Origin: a virus
Lineage: Duplodnaviria > Caudoviricetes
Length of the DNA stretch: 54,447 nucleotides
Reading direction: 5' to 3' (one strand)
IMG/VR virus record: IMGVR_UViG_3300006735_000044
Location: 1-54,447 of that record
Part shown: positions 47,174 to 54,447 of the stretch, piece by piece
How the letters are laid out: the number at the start of each line of letters is the position of its first letter
Numbering within the stretch: the stretch's first letter is position 1
The notes under the pieces: model-generated
Told to the model about the DNA's origin: nothing
The model's input: only the letters and a program-made list of their open reading frames with translations
Databases searched by the model: none
Position numbers and translations under genes: made by a program

Positions 47174-49062
47174 ATTTCACAAACTCCACCCGCACAGGCA
47201 ATCTCTCCTTGCAAGTCAGTATAATCATCATATTCCTTTACATCCTTAAAATCTAAATCAGAAAGTTTACTGAACATTTCATTATATTCAGATTCAGTTA
47301 TTTCTTCAAATGGCGCTTGTTTATAAGAACCATTATCATATGGTAAAACTGCTAGACCATTGTAATAATGTCTATTTAACCACATCCACGCACCTACATC
47401 TTCCCACTCATCTTCACGAATCTGAACAGTTGCAGATACATTATGAGTGTTCAATCCATCTCTATGACCACGTTGAACCCATCCAACAGAGAAACGCTTT
47501 ACACGTTCTAACATATCAATAGCAGATTCATGTCTAGTTATTATATCACCTTTAGGTGCTTTTTGTGGTATAGAAAATACTGCTTCGGTAGCACTAAAGT
47601 AATCATCTTCTATTAATTCAGGAACTTTATCTAATAGATATTGATATACAGGTTCTACCTTATTTACTCTAACTCTTCTATTATAGAATGGAGCATACCA
47701 AGGATGAATACCCGATGAAGTACCTAATACACAACTAGCAGTTCCCGATGGTTTAACACAAGTAACTCTTGCTGCTTTATTTATCCCAAGCAATTCAGCA
47801 ACTCTTTCATTTTCATTCTTTGCAACGATTGCTGCCTGTTCAATATCTAACAAAGTTACCTTATTACTACCTATTCCAGTCATAGACACACCTAAAAGCG
47901 CATCTTTTTCAGTAGTTTTCTGCCAAACTTCTCTTAAATAATGGAAATCTGTATAACCTGCTTGTAAAGTTCCTAAGAAAGCAGCCGCTTTAACTCTCTC
48001 TTCCAAATCTTCTTGAGATAAAACATCAGAAACATTACATTCAGTCAAGTTACAAAACTGATAAGGGCGTAAAGCAATCTCACAACAAGGATTTGTTCCC
48101 CAATCTTTATCATGAGAGAAATATATTCCCGGTTCTCCTGAATTAGATAATCTAATTCTTTCCCATAAATCTTCAAAGAAGCCCTTTTCTATTCTATGTC
48201 TAAGTAAGAATGCTGAGTTATTCGCTCTACCTCTTTGTGGATTCTGTTCATACCACTTACCTGCTTTACAATTAATCATTTCATTATCATCAGCACTAAA
48301 TAAAGATATTAATGCTGCTCGTCTAATGCCACCTGATAAAACTGCATGAGCAATATGACATAATATATCATGACACTCTAAAGGAGTTAGTTGTGTACCT
48401 TCTTCTTTCTGTAATAACATTGTTTCAATTTTAACCAATGCTATTTTTAGTGGTGCAGGACCGGGTGCTTTCCCACCACTAGTTTTTAGTGGCGCACCTT
48501 TAGGTCTAATATCATCATAATCAAAATTAGGTGAAGATGTTCTCATACCAAAGTATGATTCAAAAAGAACTTTAATTGCATCAGCCCAACCTTCAATAGA
48601 ATCATTAATTAATATTCTTCTAAACTTATCAGGATTGGGTTTTCTAATCGTTGGTAGTTGTTCTACATGGTGTCGTTGTACAGAATAACCTACTCCTGTT
48701 CCACCTAATAACAAAAACATAGATTCAGAGAAACACTCTAAAGAATCTATTGGCATATATGCACAATTGTATAATCTGTTTGGTGATAGTTCTATTGGTT
48801 TACCTGCAAATTGAAAAGACCTCATTGATGGAACTACCTTTCTAGTTTTAACATAGTTCTCATATATATTTTCTATCTCTTCAATCAGTTGAGGATTACC
48901 TAGATTAACATATTTTTTAAGATGCATTTGTTTATTTCTTTCACAAATCTCATCCCAAGATTCTCTTCTATTTTCTTCTGTCTTATATTTAGCATACTTC
49001 GTAAATACATTGAACTCTGATAGCACTTTATTTTGTAATTCCATTTCTTTCATCTTTAACAC
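47170..49062 (-). CDS. nrdJ: Class II (adenosylcobalamin-dependent) ribonucleoside-triphosphate reductase, monomeric type
   Basis: RESWDE, PSMR, YNC, GGTGVG, GGIRRAA, GEPG, TNPCCEI, CNLTE, CVKPSGT, C-terminal CAGGVC; no small subunit gene in the window. Confidence 0.93.
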   Translation of the reverse strand: MLKMKEMELQNKVLSEFNVFTKYAKYKTEENRRESWDEICERNKQMHLKKYVNLGNPQLIEEIENIYENYVKTRKVVPSMRSFQFAGKPIELSPNRLYNCAYMPIDSLECFSESMFLLLGGTGVGYSVQRHHVEQLPTIRKPNPDKFRRILINDSIEGWADAIKVLFESYFGMRTSSPNFDYDDIRPKGAPLKTSGGKAPGPAPLKIALVKIETMLLQKEEGTQLTPLECHDILCHIAHAVLSGGIRRAALISLFSADDNEMINCKAGKWYEQNPQRGRANNSAFLLRHRIEKGFFEDLWERIRLSNSGEPGIYFSHDKDWGTNPCCEIALRPYQFCNLTECNVSDVLSQEDLEERVKAAAFLGTLQAGYTDFHYLREVWQKTTEKDALLGVSMTGIGSNKVTLLDIEQAAIVAKNENERVAELLGINKAARVTCVKPSGTASCVLGTSSGIHPWYAPFYNRRVRVNKVEPVYQYLLDKVPELIEDDYFSATEAVFSIPQKAPKGDIITRHESAIDMLERVKRFSVGWVQRGHRDGLNTHNVSATVQIREDEWEDVGAWMWLNRHYYNGLAVLPYDNGSYKQAPFEEITESEYNEMFSKLSDLDFKDVKEYDDYTDLQGEIACAGGVCEI

Positions 49063-49436
49063 CTTAATTTTTTTCTTTCTACTATTTGGTCAAATGAAGA
49101 GAATGAATGAACATATTCACCATTCTTCTTTACGACCCATTCTCTCTCGACCAAAAAGTTCCAAGATGGGAAGGTAGAAATTACATCAATTCCATATTCT
49201 GAAATTAAATCATCTACGTCTTTGTATTGTTTATTTTTATATTCAATCAGGGTTTCCCCATCACAAATAATAACGGCTTTCATACTCACTGCTAGAACAT
49301 ATCCAACAGGATAAAAGTCGGGCTTCATTAAAGTATAATCTTCATATTTTTTACTATCACGGTAAAGCCAACCTTGTGATTTCAAAAAGACTGGTAATAT
49401 TCCAGTCGGTAATATATTCGCATAATCGCATAACAT
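49056..49436 (-). CDS. Hypothetical protein
   Basis: AGGAGAGG SD; directly upstream of nrdJ. Confidence 0.6.
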   Translation of the reverse strand: MLCDYANILPTGILPVFLKSQGWLYRDSKKYEDYTLMKPDFYPVGYVLAVSMKAVIICDGETLIEYKNKQYKDVDDLISEYGIDVISTFPSWNFLVEREWVVKKNGEYVHSFSSFDQIVERKKLRC

Positions 49437-49531
49437 AGGATTCCTCTCCTAAGAAGGTATGAGGGGCAGCAAGTTGTGAGGGAATGCTGCCACCTCAATT
49501 GTAGAGACATAAATACCTAAATGGTATTTAT
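49437..49531 (-). promoter_or_regulatory. Structured intergenic element (two hairpins) between Ubl gene and RNR operon
   Basis: 9-bp perfect IR 49509-49517/49523-49531; 12-bp GC-rich stem with one bulge 49460-49471/49485-49497. Confidence 0.55.
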
Positions 49532-49737
49532 TGGTTGCCTCCACCCTGCATCCCCGGCATTAGTAGTACATCTGCTACTGAATCCCAGTCTGTTGCTGTA
49601 ATTGTTTCTTTAGGTACTTGAATCCCATCAAGATATATCCAATGTGTTGGATGGTCTTGTATTTGGTCAAGCATATCATCTATTGTCATATTTTCCATTA
49701 CCGTATGTCCGGTTTCATTTGCTATTGTTAATTTCAT
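49528..49737 (-). CDS. Ubiquitin-like (ThiS/MoaD/SAMP beta-grasp) protein with masked di-Gly terminus
   Basis: 69 aa; MKLTI...MTIDDMLDQI...IYLDGIQV...DVLLMPGMQGG-GNQ parallels ThiS/MoaD (TxxELL...vNG...DxVxIxPxVxGG). Confidence 0.75.
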   Translation of the reverse strand: MKLTIANETGHTVMENMTIDDMLDQIQDHPTHWIYLDGIQVPKETITATDWDSVADVLLMPGMQGGGNQ

Positions 49738-49766
49738 ATTTTCACTTTCCTTGTATTTTCTCTACA

Positions 49767-49783
49767 TTTTTATAGGTCTATAA
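49767..49783 (-). promoter_or_regulatory. Candidate archaeal TATA box within a short palindrome upstream of Ubl
   Basis: - strand TTATAGACCTATAAAAA (IR TTATAG/CTATAA; TATAAAAA) 30-37 nt before the Ubl ATG, in one of the few intergenic gaps. Confidence 0.4.
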
Positions 49784-50014
49784 TTATTTTGACCTTCCCT
49801 CTAATAAACGGCCTGTTAAAGCGTTTATTGTATTTTCATATTGAACACATAATGCCTTATGGTTGTTCAAATCCGCAACTAGTTGATTGATTATATTTTG
49901 TGCCTTATTTAGTTCAGCAATATATTCATCAACAGTTGGTTCTGCGTTCACTGGTTCTGCTTCTTTTTTACTTTCTTTCTTTTTACTCATTTTACTCATC
50001 TCCGAATAATCCAA
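49784..50014 (-). CDS. Small coiled-coil protein (likely start 49990)
   Basis: Heptad pattern YIAELNKAQNIINQLVADLNN. Confidence 0.55.
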   Translation of the reverse strand: MDYSEMSKMSKKKESKKEAEPVNAEPTVDEYIAELNKAQNIINQLVADLNNHKALCVQYENTINALTGRLLEGRSK

Positions 50015-50081
50015 TAGGCCATAATGTTGATACCACTACTACGCCTACTGCAAATCTCGCTAATGCTCCTATCTTACTCAT
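49992..50081 (-). CDS. 29-aa membrane micropeptide
   Basis: MSKIGALARFAVGVVVVSTLWPIGLFGDE*; GGAGG SD. Confidence 0.5.
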   Translation of the reverse strand: MSKIGALARFAVGVVVVSTLWPIGLFGDE

Positions 50082-51249
50082 ATCCTTTCCTCCTTTCTTC
50101 TAATAGAGTCGCAATGGCTGCTGATGCATCATGTTTGCTTAGGCTTGCGAAGTCTCCTTCATAGCCTAAGTTCCTCAAATAACTACATTGTTTTTCTGTT
50201 GCCATTTGAACATCTCCATTGTCTCTGTTTAGAATTTTTACTAGTGATTGGCGTTGTGCCTCAGTAGGTTCTTTACCCGACATAATCCAATCCTTAATAC
50301 TACTTAAGAACTTACGTTCCCAATCATTAATACCATCTAATTCTGAAAACATTCTGATACCATAATAGTTACATTTGTCCTCAAATTCTGAATCATTTTG
50401 ATTCTCTTCCATATTAGAAGCAATCATTTTATTCTTCTCTATTTCTAGATATCTTTGTCTTCTTGTTATTAAGTCGTCTTTCTCTTTTTGAACTTCAAGA
50501 AGTCTTTCTGCAAGTTTCTTATCTTCATTGTCTGTCAACGTCTGATGCATTTCAAACATAGCATAAAACAATGTTAAATCATTCATTAACTTCTCAGTTG
50601 GATAACCTCTTGTTAAGATTTGTCTCTTTGGGTTTTCAGGACTATTCCATCTCCAAACGATACTAGCCATCTTGTATGTAGGTGCGCCATAAGTACCTTT
50701 ACTAGATTTACGAATTTTAGTATTATCAAAATACTGTTTATATTCATGATTATAGTATTTACCTACTTTACGAACATTCACTCTCATATCTAAATCCTTA
50801 ACATGGTCAAACATTGTTTTGAATGCATCACCATTAGTATGCCACCAAGCAGTTTTCTTCATAGATTCAACTCTGACATTAATCCACTTCTCAATCATAT
50901 CTTCTGATATAGAATCAATATCAACACCTGTATCTTCTGCAATTGCTCTCAATATTAAGTATGAATTGATGTGGTCTGAACCTACACATTCTCTTACACC
51001 ATTTTCAGTATTTAATATTTCAAAATGGTACACAATATTATGTGAGCATAAACACTTACGTGGATGAGTTGTTACCCATTCAGGCATTTCACTTAATCCA
51101 CTCCACCAACATTCACCAGTTGCTATCCATTCATGTTTCGCTTCATCATAATTATCAGCAACAGATAACTCAGTTAATTTTCTTTTCAGAATCTTATCCC
51201 ACTTACCTTCACCTAATTCTCTTTTATATTTATATTCTTCTTCTATCAT
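50074..51249 (-). CDS. Hypothetical protein with metal-binding N-terminus and helical C-terminal repeats
   Basis: CLCSH...CVGSDH; WERKFL...PTEAQ and ATEKQ..YLRNLG motifs. Confidence 0.6.
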   Translation of the reverse strand: MIEEEYKYKRELGEGKWDKILKRKLTELSVADNYDEAKHEWIATGECWWSGLSEMPEWVTTHPRKCLCSHNIVYHFEILNTENGVRECVGSDHINSYLILRAIAEDTGVDIDSISEDMIEKWINVRVESMKKTAWWHTNGDAFKTMFDHVKDLDMRVNVRKVGKYYNHEYKQYFDNTKIRKSSKGTYGAPTYKMASIVWRWNSPENPKRQILTRGYPTEKLMNDLTLFYAMFEMHQTLTDNEDKKLAERLLEVQKEKDDLITRRQRYLEIEKNKMIASNMEENQNDSEFEDKCNYYGIRMFSELDGINDWERKFLSSIKDWIMSGKEPTEAQRQSLVKILNRDNGDVQMATEKQCSYLRNLGYEGDFASLSKHDASAAIATLLEERRKGYE

Positions 51250-51846
51250 TTATCTCATTCCGTTTTTCTTTTGTCTTCTTCTATAAGTTTGACCACATGG
51301 TTGGTCTGAACAGAACTTTTTGTTCGACTTACCAATAAACAATTTTCCACACTCTAAACACTCTACACCTTTACCTTGTTTAAATGATTTGATGTTTCTT
51401 TCTAGTCTATTTTTAAGAGCATTAAAATTATCATTTGCTTCTATTTTACTAATCAATTTCCTTTTGTTCCTTGCTTCAACCTGACATTGTTCTCTACAAT
51501 ATTTTCTCAGACTTAATATTTTTGCACTATACACTGTAAAGGGTACGCCGCAATTTTCACAATGTTTGTTTGTTGGAGGAAACTTTGGGTTACGACTATC
51601 ATACATTTCTTTTTTACACTTAGGTGAACAAAACAAATTATACTTCTGACCAACATTTAAAATCTGATTTATACTAATAGGGTCATGACAAGTCATACAC
51701 AAAGGTTCACTCAAACCTGCTTTTATGGCTAGGTAAAATGTTTGCCTCAATAGTTGAATATTCAACTTACCTTTTACTGTTGCACCGTCTTTTAACTCTA
51801 GAAGAAAACTATCATCAGTCATTATCCTCATCTTCCATTTTCTCAA
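51250..51846 (-). CDS. Multi-Zn-finger (TRASH/treble-clef-like) protein (likely start 51822)
   Basis: Three CxxC...(F/Y)CxxxC units. Confidence 0.65.
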   Translation of the reverse strand: MRKWKMRIMTDDSFLLELKDGATVKGKLNIQLLRQTFYLAIKAGLSEPLCMTCHDPISINQILNVGQKYNLFCSPKCKKEMYDSRNPKFPPTNKHCENCGVPFTVYSAKILSLRKYCREQCQVEARNKRKLISKIEANDNFNALKNRLERNIKSFKQGKGVECLECGKLFIGKSNKKFCSDQPCGQTYRRRQKKNGMR

Positions 51847-52069
51847 ATGAGCGCATTTCTTGTAGATGTGCTGTAAGAACTCTATCTAATTGTTTAAATA
51901 AATGTTCTGCACATCCTGCTATTTCTTTACGATATAACATCAGCCAAGTCTTGTGTGCTGTATTAATTAATATTTTAGGATAATCTCTATCATCCATCTT
52001 AACAATTAATGGTGGTAAATCAACATCATTAATTAATTTAGTTTCTATTTCCATTTGAAATGTATTCAT
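51815..52069 (-). CDS. Hypothetical protein
   Basis: GGTGA SD, ATGA overlap. Confidence 0.55.
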   Translation of the reverse strand: MNTFQMEIETKLINDVDLPPLIVKMDDRDYPKILINTAHKTWLMLYRKEIAGCAEHLFKQLDRVLTAHLQEMRSFEKMEDEDND

Positions 52070-52320
52070 TCATTATCACCTGTTTCTTTTAATTGGTAGC
52101 CATCTTCTTCTGTATAATTATACAACTCTTTAAGGATGATAGCACTATTAATTTCATCGTATACATATTTCTCATCGAGTTTTTCGTATTGGTCATGCAT
52201 GGTATAATCATCCCTACACATAGTCCAACAATCTGTAATACTCCACAGTGCTTCACATTCTTTCTTCCACATCTTTACTTCTTCAAGCAATTGTTCTTTT
52301 GTCATGTTTTCTAATTTCAT
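52066..52320 (-). CDS. Hypothetical protein
   Basis: GGGGTGG SD, ATGA overlap. Confidence 0.55.
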   Translation of the reverse strand: MKLENMTKEQLLEEVKMWKKECEALWSITDCWTMCRDDYTMHDQYEKLDEKYVYDEINSAIILKELYNYTEEDGYQLKETGDNE

Positions 52321-52682
52321 TCATCCACCCCAAACGCTTTACCTAACATATTTTCATAATGACAATCATCACATATTGGACTATCATATAATGGATATCC
52401 GGGATTTGCTTGATGAAACTGCGGTACACCATTGAATCTAGGTTTAGAAACAGTTGCCTTTTTATTGCAGCAGCCACATTTGAATGTAGCCCTAGAACGG
52501 TTAATTTTAATCGCTTTCATTATACTTTCTTCTACCACTGCTGAATGAGTATGAGCCTTTCCACCAAACGAATTATTCGGATAATCTCTAATATCTATTA
52601 GATTCAGCCAACCATCATACTCAATATAATGTAGACCTAATTTGTATGAACCCATTGAGTCTTTCGCATAAAAATCATTCAT
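52317..52682 (-). CDS. Zn-binding hypothetical protein
   Basis: CGCC...CDDC; GGAGG SD. Confidence 0.55.
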   Translation of the reverse strand: MNDFYAKDSMGSYKLGLHYIEYDGWLNLIDIRDYPNNSFGGKAHTHSAVVEESIMKAIKINRSRATFKCGCCNKKATVSKPRFNGVPQFHQANPGYPLYDSPICDDCHYENMLGKAFGVDE

Positions 52683-52874
52683 TTAAGCCCATCCTCCTGA
52701 TTGTTTCATTTTCTTATCTGATGTAACAAAAATTGTCCCTGACTTAAGATGTATATGATACTCTTCTACCATCATCTCTAGGTCTGTTGACCATGTTTGG
52801 CAGCACGTAACTGCACAAATTTCTTTCGTTTCTATCGTTGTTTCTCCTGTTGTTGTTTTTATTTTCATTTTCAT
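52683..52874 (-). CDS. Hypothetical protein
   Basis: Packed ORF. Confidence 0.5.
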   Translation of the reverse strand: MKMKIKTTTGETTIETKEICAVTCCQTWSTDLEMMVEEYHIHLKSGTIFVTSDKKMKQSGGWA

Positions 52875-52875
52875 T

Positions 52876-53013
52876 TTACTTTTCTCCTATAAACATAGAT
52901 GTATATTCTTCAGATATATACGGCTTGCTACATCTAATACAAAGCCACCTGTTGCTAATTTTACTTTTACGATGTTCCATGATATACAGACATCCTTTAC
53001 ATATTAATTTCAT
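52876..53013 (-). CDS. 45-aa Zn-ribbon microprotein
   Basis: MKLICKGCLYIMEHRKSKISNRWLCIRCSKPYISEEYTSMFIGEK*. Confidence 0.6.
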   Translation of the reverse strand: MKLICKGCLYIMEHRKSKISNRWLCIRCSKPYISEEYTSMFIGEK

Positions 53014-53014
53014 A

Positions 53015-53128
53015 TTATTCTTCTCCTTTCATTTTATCATAACACTCACTACAAAATCTACCGTTGTGTGTGTATCGAACCCTTCTATTTAGGCCACAGC
53101 CTGAGCATATTCTAACCATGATACTCAT
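53015..53128 (-). CDS. 37-aa Zn-finger microprotein
   Basis: MSIMVRICSGCGLNRRVRYTHNGRFCSECYDKMKGEE*. Confidence 0.6.
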   Translation of the reverse strand: MSIMVRICSGCGLNRRVRYTHNGRFCSECYDKMKGEE

Positions 53129-53189
53129 ATTTTAATCCCCAATAATCTTAAACTAATAATTATTACTAACATGATTATAAAGAACTCCA

Positions 53190-53423
53190 CTATAAATCAT
53201 CCTCCATCAAATCTTTGACATCTAATATTATTGTTTCATCATCAATAATTTCTAGTAGTTGTTTTGTTACTCCTTCCATAACTGCTGCTATGGATGTTAA
53301 TGAGTCATCAATTATAGTTCTATGGATATTACTCGCCAATGGTGGCATCTTTTCATAAAATTCTATCATCTGATTAAAGTGATGCTTCATCATTTCAAAA
53401 TTCTTAATATCATTTAATTCCAT
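53190..53423 (-). CDS. Hypothetical protein
   Basis: GGAGTGG SD, packed ORF. Confidence 0.55.
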   Translation of the reverse strand: MELNDIKNFEMMKHHFNQMIEFYEKMPPLASNIHRTIIDDSLTSIAAVMEGVTKQLLEIIDDETIILDVKDLMEDDL

Positions 53424-53538
53424 ATCTAATCAACCACTCCGAGGCATATGCTTTACATAAGCACATTTCTATATCCTTGCTACCCATACTATTTTGTTTT
53501 ACAACCATACCAGTGTCATGACATTCGCTGCACTTCAA
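53410..53538 (-). CDS. 42-aa Zn-finger microprotein (TTG start)
   Basis: (M)KCSECHDTGMVVKQNSMGSKDIEMCLCKAYASEWLIRYGIK*; GGAGTGA SD; TTGA overlap. Confidence 0.55.
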   Translation of the reverse strand: MKCSECHDTGMVVKQNSMGSKDIEMCLCKAYASEWLIRYGIK

Positions 53539-54068
53539 CAATCAACATCACTCCAATCATCTTCTATTGCCTTGAGTCTTTTTTCAATCTTTCCGAGTCT
53601 ATTGTTTAGAGTAAGCATTTGTCTTTGTAATTTTTGGCCTTCGGGTTCTGTTAGTTCTGCCAATTCCTTTGTATAAGTATTCAGTTCCTCATTGACCATA
53701 TTACTATATTCAAGTAATTTCTTAGATATATGAGTTTTATTAGCACTAAGTACTCTATCAATTTCTCCACGCTTAATCCTCATCTTATCCATCTCATCAC
53801 TAAAATGTTTCAATACTTTCTGTATTTCATCTATTTGAGTTTGGCTAGGAACTATATCCTTTACACTAGGATATTCTTCCATCAGTGCTACAAGATAGTC
53901 TTTAATCTCTAAATCAGTTGCTAGAGCCTTCATCCTATTTCCTTTATGTCTAGGATTAGTTTCACATTCAGGACAGAACTTCATCTGCCACTTATGTGAA
54001 GGTACTCTAAATTGTTTGTTACATCGGTGTCCGTCATCTAATATTTTTTGGCAATTGTTATATGGCAT
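53535..54068 (-). CDS. Zn-finger plus coiled-coil protein
   Basis: C...C...FCPEC N-terminus, long heptad C-terminus. Confidence 0.6.
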   Translation of the reverse strand: MPYNNCQKILDDGHRCNKQFRVPSHKWQMKFCPECETNPRHKGNRMKALATDLEIKDYLVALMEEYPSVKDIVPSQTQIDEIQKVLKHFSDEMDKMRIKRGEIDRVLSANKTHISKKLLEYSNMVNEELNTYTKELAELTEPEGQKLQRQMLTLNNRLGKIEKRLKAIEDDWSDVDC

Positions 54069-54447
54069 ATTTATTTCTCCTTATTTTATCTTGGAACTGT
54101 TTCTTTCTTAAGTCTATCATATTGTTGTAATGGTTATTAGGCCACCAATCAGGCTCTTGTGTTTTCCATGTAGCGAAAGTATATTTCTCGTTTAGATAGT
54201 ATTCACGATATGCTTTCACTGCATCTTCATTCTTGTATTTGTCAGGCATCGCTTGAGCAAATGGAGTTTGACCGATATCAGGTAACAAATCATAGGTTTT
54301 TGTAATCTGATAGTCGTATTCTTTCAAAGTTTCTTCTACTTTGTGAGTCTTTCCATAGCGTATTGTATATTCTTTGCACAATTCATAGCAATGATTCCAT
54401 AAGAATGAAAAGTTTTGCTTGCTTTTTCTAGCCCAAATAGTACAAGG
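54058..54447 (-). CDS. Pyrimidine-dimer DNA glycosylase / endonuclease V-like protein (partial, 5' end beyond window)
   Basis: Frame open to the edge: PCTIWAR...N...LW.H..ELCKEY..RYGKTH...TPFAQAMP...AYREYY...K...W...PDWW. Confidence 0.7.
   Translation of the reverse strand, partial: PCTIWARKSKQNFSFLWNHCYELCKEYTIRYGKTHKVEETLKEYDYQITKTYDLLPDIGQTPFAQAMPDKYKNEDAVKAYREYYLNEKYTFATWKTQEPDWWPNNHYNNMIDLRKKQFQDKIRRNKYAI

Noticed and set aside
49437-49531. Canonical cobalamin riboswitch upstream of nrdJ
   Set aside because: Only about 95 nt and no recognisable B12-box or conserved core on the sense strand; kept only as an unclassified structured element
26140-53912. Plus-strand ORFs inside the - strand block (e.g. 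30697-30972, 34102-34446, 35658-36095)
   Set aside because: Antisense to well-supported genes or micro-ORFs; F/L/I/S-rich composition typical of shadow frames
1-54447. tRNA/rRNA genes, integrase/att sites, stop-codon reassignment
   Set aside because: No cloverleaf or rRNA-like segment or integrase noticed by eye (tRNAscan-SE would be decisive); genes are intact and tightly packed under the standard code with all three stops used

Overview
AT-rich fragment of a tailed dsDNA virus of archaea. Gene content best matches the Magroviruses that infect Marine Group II Euryarchaeota (Poseidoniales); the host is inferred, not shown. The + strand (1-23237) is a tail module: chaperone end, tape measure, distal tail/LamG proteins, a 2251-aa hub, a 3777-aa mosaic fibre and a tip protein. 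The - strand (23351-54447) converges on it at a hairpin/oligo-T terminator. It encodes a near-complete archaeal-type replisome: MCM-like helicase, PriS-PriL fusion primase, split PolB, PCNA, RFC small and degenerate large subunits, RPA-like SSB, ATP-dependent ligase, ERCC4, Cas4-like and DEDD nucleases, and a RecA/Sak4-like ATPase. It also encodes a class II (B12) ribonucleotide reductase, a chromatin/transcription set (two histone folds, PC4-like, TFB, Myb-like) and many Zn-finger microproteins. The most notable signal is a candidate virus-encoded ubiquitin-like conjugation system: a ThiS/SAMP-like Ubl with a masked GG terminus, a minimal E1/ThiF, an intact JAMM protease and a possible divergent E2, interleaved with TFB. 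Other oddities are a PolB with three altered catalytic motifs split by three micro-ORFs, a 31-aa peptide resembling the helicase Walker A loop with K->Q, and a structured RNA element between the Ubl and the RNR operon. All calls are from motif recognition by eye; no database searches were run.
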